Assembly (NCBI GenBank): GCA_044440125.1 | Contig: JBITAJ010000022.1 | Coordinates: 352,001-416,000, forward strand | Direction of reading: 5' to 3' | Length of the DNA stretch: 64,000 nt | Origin: Sedimentisphaeraceae bacterium JB056 | Lineage (GTDB): Bacteria; Planctomycetota; Phycisphaerae; Sedimentisphaerales; Sedimentisphaeraceae | In this document: one piece after another, positions 8,920 to 18,559 of the stretch | Layout: each line of letters begins with the position of its first letter | Numbering within the stretch: the first letter of the stretch is position 1 | Made by a program: the position numbers and the translations under genes | Notes under the pieces: generated by a model | What the model was told of the DNA's origin: nothing | The model's input: the letters and a program-made list of their open reading frames with translations, nothing else | Database searches by the model: none

Positions 8920-10575
8920 TTACTGAAGGGACTGAAGCCATTCGTCTACAAGGAACAATAGGTCGCTTGTATAAATATAGCTGTCTCCATCAAAATTCAC
9001 AGGGTAACTCGTATCTGTAAATCTAACATTGTCATACGCAATACCTGTACCCTGAAGATAGAAGAGTATATGCTGTCCTACAAGATTTGGAGCAGTCGCA
9101 CTATTCCATGACATAGTAACAGTCTGCCATGAACCTGTAGGCGGATTGCCGTTGTTTACATGGCTCGTATCAACTACTCTTGTTGGAACAAAACCATTTG
9201 TATCATCAGCCGCATCAAGACACATCTGATACCAACCAGTAAACGGTTCACCGCTTACATTACTGACATCTACAGTAAATGTATAAATCGTATTAGGATC
9301 GACTGAACCAGTGCCGTAAACATATACGAACTGTGCAAGATTACCTGTTGTCATTGTTATATAGTTATCACCATCGCTTGCTTGAAGAGCATCTGTAGGT
9401 GCAGGATTAACAATAAAGTTGCCAGTCATACCGTTATCCCAACCCATTGGAGTATTCAGGTAATTATCCCACGGATGCCCTGCAGACACCTGCATTTCTA
9501 AAGAAGTACCATCCGCAATAACATCCTGCTCAAAGCTGTAGTTCTTTATACCACTCTCAACCATCCAGCTGTCTGCAAGAACAGCATAGTCTTCATAGTT
9601 AACTGTTCCATCAGCATTGAGGTCAGCTTTAAGAGCATCACTTGCCAATGTGGCAAATAATATCTGATCACCTAATGATGGCGTGCCTGCTGTAAAAACA
9701 ACATCAGGTGTCGCATATTGAGCTACGCCTGATTCGCTGCTGTAATACACATACATAGAGTAGAAATCGTTAGGTTCTGCGATTATTCCGCGCATGTCTC
9801 TTACTACAACGATATCATCAAATCCATCACCGTTGACGTCACCAATAGCCAGATCATCCGTTGAAGTGCCAAAATTACCCTGACTGTCAACCCCGCCATC
9901 TCCGAAGAGACCGCCAAAACTGTAGTCAACAAATACAGACGCACTTGAAGGTCTCCACAGAATCCTGTCATCAGTACCGTCACCATTTATATCACCAAGA
10001 TAAGGCTTGTCAAGACTGTAAACACCAAAGGATTGCCATCCGGAATGCGATGTACCTGAAGGAATTCCACCAGTTCCGTCAGAGAACCAGCATCCCCAAA
10101 CCAATACATCACTGGCCTGGCCGTCAACACTAACCAAACCATTATCAGCGAACCCATCACCGTTTACATCGCCGAATATAGGTCTGGAGACAGAATTATC
10201 GAGATTAATCGCGGCTCCGCCATCCCATGTCCACTCTGCGTTTCCTATAACATCAAGATTTCCATTTGAAATATCGCCTTCACTGCTGTAAGAAAGGATA
10301 ACTTGCCAACCGTTATAAATAGTTCCACCTACATCCTGAGAGGAAGGCTGTGCAATGGCTTTATCTTCAATGCCATCACCATTGAAATCTTTCATATCAT
10401 GTGTGACAATCCCGCTCCATCCAAAAAACGCTGACTGCCATACAGAACCATCTTCGTTTAGAGAGAACCACTGACTGTCTCCTCTTTGAAGTATGGTAGT
10501 TTCAGAAACTGCCGCTGATGCCAACATAGGCAAAACAAAGCCCACTGCTGTTAAGATCACAATAATTTTCTTCAT
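8920..10575 (-). CDS. Secreted protein with FG-GAP/VCBS-like repeats, dockerin-like Ca-binding motifs and a CBM-like domain
   Basis: Sec signal MKKIIVILTAVGFVLPMLASA. Four DxNGDG repeats. Dockerin-like segments ADLNADGTVNYEDYAVLADSW and VNFDGDSYIYTSDLLFLVDEWL. Confidence 0.75.
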   Translation of the reverse strand: MKKIIVILTAVGFVLPMLASAAVSETTILQRGDSQWFSLNEDGSVWQSAFFGWSGIVTHDMKDFNGDGIEDKAIAQPSSQDVGGTIYNGWQVILSYSSEGDISNGNLDVIGNAEWTWDGGAAINLDNSVSRPIFGDVNGDGFADNGLVSVDGQASDVLVWGCWFSDGTGGIPSGTSHSGWQSFGVYSLDKPYLGDINGDGTDDRILWRPSSASVFVDYSFGGLFGDGGVDSQGNFGTSTDDLAIGDVNGDGFDDIVVVRDMRGIIAEPNDFYSMYVYYSSESGVAQYATPDVVFTAGTPSLGDQILFATLASDALKADLNADGTVNYEDYAVLADSWMVESGIKNYSFEQDVIADGTSLEMQVSAGHPWDNYLNTPMGWDNGMTGNFIVNPAPTDALQASDGDNYITMTTGNLAQFVYVYGTGSVDPNTIYTFTVDVSNVSGEPFTGWYQMCLDAADDTNGFVPTRVVDTSHVNNGNPPTGSWQTVTMSWNSATAPNLVGQHILFYLQGTGIAYDNVRFTDTSYPVNFDGDSYIYTSDLLFLVDEWLQSLQ

Positions 10576-10613
10576 AATATTGCTCCTTGAAAAAATTAAA
10601 TTTTCACATCCTA

Positions 10614-11699
10614 TTAGTTGGATGTACGTCTTATTTTTAGCTCACTTCCCGGAATAAGCTTTTGAATCGGCTTTGAACCGGGATTTTTAACTAATTCTAT
10701 TATAGTTTCAGCCGCTGCCTTACCTATCTGCTCAAGAGGCTCACGTACTGTCGTTAATCCTACACCAAAACTGTCAGATAAAGGCACATCACCCATTCCG
10801 ACCAGCGCCACATCATCAGGCACCCTTATCCCCATACTCAAAAGAACCTTATATACCTGCAATGCGAGGCTGTCATGCGGAAAGAATAATGCGTCAGGTT
10901 TTTTTCGGTTGCTGCTGAATATTCTTTTTACCATTGCGGATATCTCAACTTCGCCTGAAAGCCCAGAGCTCTCAATTATTCCCTGACGTCTTACAAGCTG
11001 GCTCAAATTAGACCAGTTTACCCAACTGTCATTCAATTCGAGTCCCGCATCATGGAGCACTTGCCAATATACATCAAATCTTCTTTTAGAAAATTTTAGG
11101 TCAATAAGCGAACTGCCTATAAACCCAATATTTTTACGTCCAGTCTCTACAAGATGTTCTACTGCTACTTTCGCTGCAGGCAGACAATCCCAGGCTACAA
11201 AGCTCACATCAGGCATAGCCTCAAGTGTATCAGAGATAAAGAGCAAAGGCGTACCACTGCTAACTAATCCCTTATATGTATCCAAACATTCAGGCAAAGG
11301 CTGACAGATCAAACCTTCATCACGTCTCTGCTGAGAAATATTGAGTTCTCTTTCATTTCTTTCAGCATCCCAAAGATGTATTGAAGACATAGGTATAAGA
11401 TCTTCCTCTTCAAGAATTGGGACAAGACCATTCATAACCTCAGTCATCCAGTTATACTCATAACCGGCAACAATCAAGCCCACTACTCCAGTAGATTGCT
11501 TAGCAAGATTCCTTGCCCATAGATGCGGAACGTAATTGAGTCTTTTTGCGGCCTGCAAGACTTTCTTAGCCGTACTGTCGGCTACTCGCCTCTTTTTTGC
11601 CTGACCGCTTAAAACGTACCCAACTGTAGTCTTAGAAACACCGACCTCTTCGGCAATACTTACTATGCTAACTGATTTGTTTGAAACTTCTGTCTGCAT
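10614..11699 (-). CDS. LacI family transcriptional regulator
   Basis: HTH SIAEEVGVSKTTVGYVL, hinge LNYVPHLWARNL, sugar-binding domain with IRVPDDVALVG and LTTVREP. Confidence 0.93.
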   Translation of the reverse strand: MQTEVSNKSVSIVSIAEEVGVSKTTVGYVLSGQAKKRRVADSTAKKVLQAAKRLNYVPHLWARNLAKQSTGVVGLIVAGYEYNWMTEVMNGLVPILEEEDLIPMSSIHLWDAERNERELNISQQRRDEGLICQPLPECLDTYKGLVSSGTPLLFISDTLEAMPDVSFVAWDCLPAAKVAVEHLVETGRKNIGFIGSSLIDLKFSKRRFDVYWQVLHDAGLELNDSWVNWSNLSQLVRRQGIIESSGLSGEVEISAMVKRIFSSNRKKPDALFFPHDSLALQVYKVLLSMGIRVPDDVALVGMGDVPLSDSFGVGLTTVREPLEQIGKAAAETIIELVKNPGSKPIQKLIPGSELKIRRTSN

Positions 11700-11733
11700 T
11701 ATATTTTCATTTCATTAAAAATCACGACTCTGC

Positions 11734-11745
11734 TGGAACGTTCCA
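11734..11745. promoter_or_regulatory. Putative LacI-family operator TGGAACGTTCCA
   Basis: Perfect 12-bp palindrome with central CG, just downstream of a minus-strand extended -10 (TGCTATAAT, 11761-11753) for lacI. Confidence 0.7.
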
Positions 11746-11767
11746 CAAAAACATTATAGCACATCCC

Positions 11768-11781
11768 TTGGAACCTTCCAA
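11768..11781. promoter_or_regulatory. Second putative operator TTGGAACCTTCCAA
   Basis: One mismatch to the 11734 palindrome. Lies in the divergent lacI / GH78 promoter region; TTGACA is at 11809-11814. Confidence 0.6.
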
Positions 11782-11934
11782 CAAAATTTTAAAAAAATAT
11801 AAAAAATATTGACAAAGACACCTAAAATCAAGTCTAATGACATGTAAAGTGATATCCTAAAAGTGGTTTAAGGGCAATCACATAAAATATAAACAACTAC
11901 AATTAAGACACTTACAAAAGCACAACAAAGAAAC

Positions 11935-13734
11935 ATGACTGATACAGAAAAAAATATTTCCGACAACACAGAACCTCTTGGGACAAATAAATTAATAATT
12001 CCAGATATTTTACGACCCCAAAAGTCATCTTTATCTTTTGCTGACCAAACAAGTAACCTACAAATCCAATCGGGAAAGTCGATTATATTTGATTGGGGCC
12101 GTAAAAGAACCGGCTGGATATTGCTCAACGCTTCGGGTTCAGCAAAGGTAGAGCTTGCCGGAGACATTAGAATATTCGAAATGTACGATTCTTCAATCGC
12201 AAATAACCCTGACTTTTGCGGTGATAAACATCCATCTTTTTGTGCGAATAAGTCAAGATGCGAGGTTGATTTTAATGGCAAAGAAGCATATCTTTCTAAG
12301 ATGAGCAGCGCATTTCGCTACATAAGAATAACGAACCTCAGAGATACCGACCTGATCATTAAATCAATCATGTTAAAACCAAGTGAGTTCCCCGCACGCC
12401 CGCGGGGTTCATTTGAATGTGACTCTGAGACAATTAATTCCGGTTGGCAAATGGGAATTGACACCGTACATCTCTGTACTCAACCCGGAGACCAAAGTTT
12501 CACACCTATTTTTGCTCCTTTCGGCGATGGATACGTACAATGGGATGGGTGCAGAAGAGACAGAGAAATCTGGGGTGGTGATCTTCGCCCCTCCGCACTT
12601 GCGTGGTTTTACAATTTTGAAGACCAAAGCCCAATCGCAAACAGTATTTACGCTATCATGAACTCACAACACTGCGGCTGCAGTGAGCATGGGCTTTTTC
12701 CTGGAAGCGGATCAACACATCAAACATTCTACGAGTGGGCGTTCTGGGAAGTAAGTTGCTTGTGGGAATACATCCTGCACACAGGGGATAAAAAGCTACT
12801 GAAGTTTGCCGCTCATAAACTGCCATTGTTTCTTGAATGGTGCGAGAAAAAAACGGCAGAACACCCCGACGGGTGGATACTTTCAAAAAATTGTTGGATG
12901 TATACATTGGAGTTCCCGGAGCAGGTTTTGCCAAGCCTACAGGCCGCATCACTTATGGGTTTTGAATCAATGAAAAAAATATTCGATTTTCTTCAAATGG
13001 AAGATTTTTCAGACAGAACACAATTATTGATTAAAAGAGTCAGAAAGAATTTCCACAAAACATTCTGGGATAAAAAGTTAAATGCTTACAAGTTTTTGAC
13101 TATAGGAGACAGTCACTCAGATCTTTGCGCAAATGCCTGGGCAATTCTTTCTGATATTGTAAAAAAAGAAGAAAGAGAATCACTTTTAAAGAGTATAAAG
13201 GATCTCCACTGGACAAATTCCGGCAGTCTCAATATATCGCCAGTAATGCAGCAAGAATCATTCCATAACAACACAATCTGGCCTTACGCAAATTCTTATG
13301 AGATGTGCGCAAGATTCCATTGCGGCGATTCTGATTCAGCATTGGAACTTTTTAAGGCATATATAGGAAACATCCGAAAATCAGGTCACAACACACTTCT
13401 TGAGATGATAAATATCGACAGCTCACTGCCGATAAAAGAATCCGATGGAAACACTCTTAGTTTTTCACATTGCTGGGCTTCTCAGGGAAGCTGGGCGTTG
13501 CAAAAATATCTTCTCGGCGTTGCGCCTGTCAAAATCGGCTGGCAGGAATTCTCTTTCTCACCATTGAAATCTCCGCTGAAATGGCTCAATGGAAAAATAG
13601 TAACTCCTTACGGCACAATTGATGTCGAAATTGATAATTCGAAACAATTACCAAAAGCAAAGGTCGTTCACCCCCGAGAGATCGAGTGCAGCAACAGCTC
13701 CGATTATCGCAGCGTTGAATTCGTAAGCAAATAA
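11935..13734 (+). CDS. Six-hairpin glycosidase, GH78 alpha-L-rhamnosidase-like, no signal peptide
   Basis: WDGCRRDREIWGGDL resembles the DGxKRDRxxWxGD motif. SFSHCWAS and a C-terminal LGVAP...G.I.TPYGTIDV are also present. Confidence 0.75.
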   Translation: MTDTEKNISDNTEPLGTNKLIIPDILRPQKSSLSFADQTSNLQIQSGKSIIFDWGRKRTGWILLNASGSAKVELAGDIRIFEMYDSSIANNPDFCGDKHPSFCANKSRCEVDFNGKEAYLSKMSSAFRYIRITNLRDTDLIIKSIMLKPSEFPARPRGSFECDSETINSGWQMGIDTVHLCTQPGDQSFTPIFAPFGDGYVQWDGCRRDREIWGGDLRPSALAWFYNFEDQSPIANSIYAIMNSQHCGCSEHGLFPGSGSTHQTFYEWAFWEVSCLWEYILHTGDKKLLKFAAHKLPLFLEWCEKKTAEHPDGWILSKNCWMYTLEFPEQVLPSLQAASLMGFESMKKIFDFLQMEDFSDRTQLLIKRVRKNFHKTFWDKKLNAYKFLTIGDSHSDLCANAWAILSDIVKKEERESLLKSIKDLHWTNSGSLNISPVMQQESFHNNTIWPYANSYEMCARFHCGDSDSALELFKAYIGNIRKSGHNTLLEMINIDSSLPIKESDGNTLSFSHCWASQGSWALQKYLLGVAPVKIGWQEFSFSPLKSPLKWLNGKIVTPYGTIDVEIDNSKQLPKAKVVHPREIECSNSSDYRSVEFVSK

Positions 13735-13894
13735 AACACAAGTCTTGCTGATTATATATGCCAATTACCTATCAGGAATTCAATTACTGAGTTGTATAGC
13801 TCATAAAAATCAATAACTGTTCATAAATACAGAAATTAACCCATGTTGCCTTTTTTTCAATTTGATAATATTAGGTGAAAACAGAAAAACAACC

Positions 13895-13919
13895 TGATAT
13901 AATCAATTGGAGCGCTCCA
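13895..13919 (+). promoter_or_regulatory. Extended -10 promoter followed by operator TGGAGCGCTCCA
   Basis: TGATATAAT at 13895-13903, then a perfect palindrome at 13908-13919. Confidence 0.7.
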
Positions 13920-13980
13920 GCTATGAGTATAATAATTGATTAAAACATATTTTGTATATATAAGAAGGATTACGAGAAGA

Positions 13981-16932
13981 ATGAAAAACATACTTCACTA
14001 CAGCATCATGATAGCTGCTTCATTTTCAATACTGCCGCAAGCTTTTACAACTAAATGCCATGGCGCACAAAAATTAGATTTCTCATTTCCTTTTGAGACA
14101 TATCAACAGCAAGTGGTAATAAAATTCGACAGTCCGCAATCGGCCGAAAAAGCGGAGCTGGTAATTGAGCCGTTATACAGAGGCTTGACGCGAGCAATAT
14201 CTTGCCGCTGGGATGACAACAATCAGACAAACTTGAAGGCAAGAGAGATCATGGAAAAAGACGGAATAAAAGGGACCTGGTATCTCAATTCAAAAACAAC
14301 CTTTTACCACAATGGAGACAACTATACTGATACGGCAGCAAACTTACTGAAAGGCGGAAACTCTATCGGCGGCCACGGCTACAGCCATCCTTACATTTCA
14401 TATCAGAACAAAAACAGGATATTCCAGGAAATAATGCAGGTAAGAATAGAGTGGGAATCCGAGCTTAACACATTGCTCAATTCTTACGCCTTTTCTTTTG
14501 TAAATTACAGGAATAATCTTGAAGGCGACATATCGCAAAGAGATATCTTTGAAGCACTTCAACGCAGCGGCTTCTACCACCTGTCAGTTTTCAAAAACTG
14601 TGTTGATATGCAGCCTTCCGACATGATAGTAAGCATAATTATGCCGCCTGAAAACCAATCATTTGAAGATTTCAAAGCGGCGGTTGACTGGGCAATGACA
14701 AACGATGAACTGCTCGAAAACTATAGATGCATTTCTAATTCCATGCACAGTTGGTATGGTACAGAAGCACTGCAGTATGACTTCGATGAATTAGAAAAAA
14801 GATTTGACTATCTAAAATCTTTTCCGAATGTCTGGTATTGCAATCAAAATGAGTATGCGGCATACAGATACCAATACCTCAATACAAAAATGGATATAAA
14901 CCGTAAAGGCAGTACCCTTATCTGCACATTAACCAGACCGGCCGTCAATTACCTCAATAACGCAACACCTCTCACTTTATCGGTTAAAGGTATTAAGGCC
15001 GACAATATTTCTGAGGTATCCTCATCAGGGTCCAAGCTGCTTATAGAGAACAGTAGCCCCGAAAATGTATTGTTCAATCTTCCACACAAAAATTCCCAGA
15101 CTCTGCCGGAATTGATCGGATATATAGAAAATCCTGATAACAGACAAGTCGTCTCGGATAGTGATAAGTATGAAGGTTTAGAAGATGTAAAAGCGTTGTT
15201 GTCTTTTAACGGCAGAACGCTCAAAACGCAGATAAACAACAATTCCAACTCTAAAATTGAAAATCTCAAGATAACATACAGACTGCCGCTTGCATGGAAT
15301 GAAGGTGTTAAAGTGGAAAACAAAAGTCACATTTTAGCCAACCAAAGCAAAGTCTTCGATTTTGAGCCGACAATAGCCAACGATTCCTCTATATACATGG
15401 GAGGATCACATTACATGACCGCTCAACTTGACTTCACAAAAGATGATAAACATTGCAGACTGTACACAACGTGCAATTATTATATACCTTTTGACAAAAG
15501 CTTCCCTAACGGCAAATTTGTTCTGATGGGACCGATTAAGGCAGAGAGTTTTGACCTTGACGACTTCTGCAGCGGCATAACAGCAGACGGCTTACCTCCA
15601 ATGGAATATGCGGGTAAGATTTGGCAGGAGACCTATCCGGAAGCAGTGATACAAAAAGATCAGTTCAGTCCCGAAGTAATCAGAACACAAGGGGACTGGT
15701 TTAAGTCTTACTCCCCGAATTTTGCACTCTATTCAGTAATTGAAAGCAAAATAACACAAGATGTTTCAATTCTTTGCGACCATAATAGCGTAAAGGTTGT
15801 TTATGTGAACGGTAAACAAGTTATTGACGGCAAGTTCAAATTGAATAAAGGCAGTAACAGCTTAATAATCATACAAAGCCATGAAAACTTCAGCGGTAAT
15901 GGAGAACACGCAGGCTGTTTCTTCAGGCTAATGGATGCTGAAAGCAATACACGTTTGACAAATATCAAATACAATAAACCTAAATTACCACTTACTCCAT
16001 GTTGTAATGCGGCAGCGGCCCTTCCAGCAGCGACGCCAACTCATAATAAGCCTGTCAAAATAGCTCTACTGCAGATTAGTGCAATGGGATTCGACCAGCA
16101 GGCCAACCTTGAAAAGGCAGAGAAGTTCTGTCGTCAGGCAGCAAAGCAGCAGGCCGACATAGCCCTTCTTCCGGAAATGTTCAACATTGGCTATACAGCC
16201 TTCATGGGAACAGATAAGAAAACAGTTAAACAGTGGCAGCAAAGAGCCGTACCGAAAGACGGCCCCTGGGTACAGCATTTCGCTGAACTGGCAAAAGAGC
16301 TTGATATGGCCATCGGTATCACATACCTTCAGGAATGGGATCCGGCTCCGCGAAACACCATCACTGTTTTCGACAGATTCGGCAAAGAGGTACTCACTTA
16401 CGCCAAAGTGCATACCTGTGATTTCGCAGCATTTGAGGCCGCCACAACGCCAGGTGAAGATTGGTATGTGGCTGATTTGAAAACTAAAAACGACACAATC
16501 AAGTTAGGTGCAATGATATGCTTCGACAGAGAATTTCCTGAGAGTGCAAGAATTCTCATGCTGAAAGGCGCAGAACTTGTTCTGACTCCCAATGCCTGCC
16601 TTCTTGCCGATGAGCGGCTCGCACAATTCGGAACAAGAGCACTTGAAAACAACATGATAATGGCAATGACAAATTACCCGAATCCAGGATACGGAGGAAG
16701 ATCGGTCGTGTACATGATAGATGGCAAGCCTCTTTTAGAAGCCGGAGGCGAGGAAGGTATCTATACAACCACAGTCGATATGTACTGGATACGCCAGGCC
16801 CGTAAAAGAACTATATGGGGTAATGCTTTCCGGCGACCGCATCGATACAACTTGTTGACAAGCCAGGAAAAAGAAGAAGAATATGAACGTAAGAATGGTT
16901 TCGGTGAGCCGTTCATTGCTGAAGAAAGATAA
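13981..16932 (+). CDS. Secreted fusion: polysaccharide deacetylase (NodB/CE4-like), central beta-rich region, carbon-nitrogen hydrolase (nitrilase family)
   Basis: Signal-like N-terminus. SCRWDD and GGHGYSHP are CE4-like. C-terminal E-K-C triad in LLPEMF, YAKVH and ICFDREFPE. Confidence 0.8.
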   Translation: MKNILHYSIMIAASFSILPQAFTTKCHGAQKLDFSFPFETYQQQVVIKFDSPQSAEKAELVIEPLYRGLTRAISCRWDDNNQTNLKAREIMEKDGIKGTWYLNSKTTFYHNGDNYTDTAANLLKGGNSIGGHGYSHPYISYQNKNRIFQEIMQVRIEWESELNTLLNSYAFSFVNYRNNLEGDISQRDIFEALQRSGFYHLSVFKNCVDMQPSDMIVSIIMPPENQSFEDFKAAVDWAMTNDELLENYRCISNSMHSWYGTEALQYDFDELEKRFDYLKSFPNVWYCNQNEYAAYRYQYLNTKMDINRKGSTLICTLTRPAVNYLNNATPLTLSVKGIKADNISEVSSSGSKLLIENSSPENVLFNLPHKNSQTLPELIGYIENPDNRQVVSDSDKYEGLEDVKALLSFNGRTLKTQINNNSNSKIENLKITYRLPLAWNEGVKVENKSHILANQSKVFDFEPTIANDSSIYMGGSHYMTAQLDFTKDDKHCRLYTTCNYYIPFDKSFPNGKFVLMGPIKAESFDLDDFCSGITADGLPPMEYAGKIWQETYPEAVIQKDQFSPEVIRTQGDWFKSYSPNFALYSVIESKITQDVSILCDHNSVKVVYVNGKQVIDGKFKLNKGSNSLIIIQSHENFSGNGEHAGCFFRLMDAESNTRLTNIKYNKPKLPLTPCCNAAAALPAATPTHNKPVKIALLQISAMGFDQQANLEKAEKFCRQAAKQQADIALLPEMFNIGYTAFMGTDKKTVKQWQQRAVPKDGPWVQHFAELAKELDMAIGITYLQEWDPAPRNTITVFDRFGKEVLTYAKVHTCDFAAFEAATTPGEDWYVADLKTKNDTIKLGAMICFDREFPESARILMLKGAELVLTPNACLLADERLAQFGTRALENNMIMAMTNYPNPGYGGRSVVYMIDGKPLLEAGGEEGIYTTTVDMYWIRQARKRTIWGNAFRRPHRYNLLTSQEKEEEYERKNGFGEPFIAEER

Positions 16933-17035
16933 TTGCTAAAACACCAATTCTATATCGTATAAGATTTGAGCTGGCATAAAAATAACCTTTCACGCCAGCT
17001 TAAAATCTGCAAACATTTCTTACTACTAAAAAAAT

Positions 17036-17067
17036 AAAGCCCGCATCAGGGAAGATGCGGGCTTTTT
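17036..17067. terminator. Bidirectional rho-independent terminator
   Basis: AAAGCCCGCATC-AGGGAA-GATGCGGGCTTT with A- and T-tracts on both sides, between convergent genes. Confidence 0.85.
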
Positions 17068-17122
17068 GTAAACATTCATCAAGGCATATACTCTGCTGGA
17101 CACAGACTATATACAGATTTAA

Positions 17123-18487
17123 CTATTCGATAGAATCAGTCTGTGGCTCAAGTCCTAATCCTGCAAGGATCAGATAGACGGTAAAGCCAACTACAAATGA
17201 CATAAGCGTTTCAAGACCATAGGCAAATCCTATTACTGGAAGATGACCTAAAATCCCAACAACAAATCCGCATGCCCATGCGACATAACCTGCCCAGTTG
17301 ATTCCTCTTCTTGGTCCAGGCCACTTTCCGCTTCGGAAATGATCCGCCGCCATAGCACCAACGATAGGACCAAATGAAGCACCTATAAGCAGGAAGAAAC
17401 CTACAAGATTTTCAGCAACACCTGTAGCCGCCAAAATGACACCAACGAGACCTGCACCAAGTGTAAGAGGTACTCTTGCAAGTTTGGGCATCATAGTAGA
17501 AAATGCATTACCAGCCAGAAATGCACAGAAACCAGTAGGACAAACGCAAGCAATCACGAATATCCAAAACATTAAATTGGACATTGCACCCTTGATCACC
17601 GAAATCGAACCGATAAATATCTCAAAAGCGTTAAAGTTGTCCATGGAAGCCTTGCTCAGAAGCTCTGCATCGATTCCCATAGCCCCAGCCATTGTAATTA
17701 TAGCAAAAAAACCGGCAACGATAGCAACCAGTGTAATACCTACTAGCCCACCGCATATAACATCCTTCTCGTTTCTGTTATTCATTGTAAAGTCGGCTCC
17801 TGCCGCCCCTGCCGTAGCAAAGAAACCGGCAGCAGATTGAAATGCAGCAAAAGCTCCTATTCCCATAACAGGAATTAGCGAAGGCACAGAATCAAAGCTT
17901 GCAAAAGCCAGGCTAAAATTATTTAATCCACTTGAATTTTTTATTCCCGCTATAATTATCATAACCAATGGGAATATAGGAAGCCAGCTCGAAAGCCAAC
18001 CAAGCCAATTAATACCGACAGCTCCCACAAGAGCCAGAGATAATCCCCACACCCCGCAGATAAACCAAAACAATGGTGAATTGATGTGAGCATCCACACC
18101 AATTGCACTTATAAAGAACTTAGCTGCAGTAAAAGTAAACACCGAATGCCAGCCTATCTGCAAGACTCCCATCAAAAGTCCCGGCATTAAGATACCGCCC
18201 TTTGCGCCAAATGTTGAAGAGCCTATTACATAGAGAGGCATTCCAGTAGTAACACCAATCTTTGCCGAAACATAGTAGAGTAAAAAGCAGAAAATAGCAC
18301 CCAAAACAAGACCGACTACTGCAGCGGTAACACTGCCGTAACGAATCGCACTGGCCATTCCTGCCATAAACGGAACTGAAAGAAATATACCCGCATATGA
18401 TGGTGCGGTGTTTTTATACCACGGAGTCCTTTGCTCCATAGAAACCGCCGAAGCAGCTTTGATATAACCAGGTAGTTTATTTCCCAT
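17123..18487 (-). CDS. NCS1 / cytosine-permease-like (CodB-like) transporter
   Basis: About 12 TM segments. Motifs IGSSTFGAKG, QIGW, GADFTM, SFGPIVGAMAAD and GINWAG. Confidence 0.75.
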   Translation of the reverse strand: MGNKLPGYIKAASAVSMEQRTPWYKNTAPSYAGIFLSVPFMAGMASAIRYGSVTAAVVGLVLGAIFCFLLYYVSAKIGVTTGMPLYVIGSSTFGAKGGILMPGLLMGVLQIGWHSVFTFTAAKFFISAIGVDAHINSPLFWFICGVWGLSLALVGAVGINWLGWLSSWLPIFPLVMIIIAGIKNSSGLNNFSLAFASFDSVPSLIPVMGIGAFAAFQSAAGFFATAGAAGADFTMNNRNEKDVICGGLVGITLVAIVAGFFAIITMAGAMGIDAELLSKASMDNFNAFEIFIGSISVIKGAMSNLMFWIFVIACVCPTGFCAFLAGNAFSTMMPKLARVPLTLGAGLVGVILAATGVAENLVGFFLLIGASFGPIVGAMAADHFRSGKWPGPRRGINWAGYVAWACGFVVGILGHLPVIGFAYGLETLMSFVVGFTVYLILAGLGLEPQTDSIE

Positions 18488-18559
18488 AAAAACCTCACTT
18501 AATTATCGTAGCCATTCACAGAATATCCTAATGGCATGAACAACTACTAATTATTAATA

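Noticed and set aside
9780..10400. Repeated DxNGDG-coding sequence considered as a DNA repeat array
   Set aside because: These are protein-level FG-GAP repeats with diverged DNA, not a CRISPR or tandem array.
16964..17007. Imperfect inverted repeat GAGCTGGC...GCCAGCTT after the fusion gene
   Set aside because: Long loop and no U-tract. The hairpin at 17036 explains termination better.
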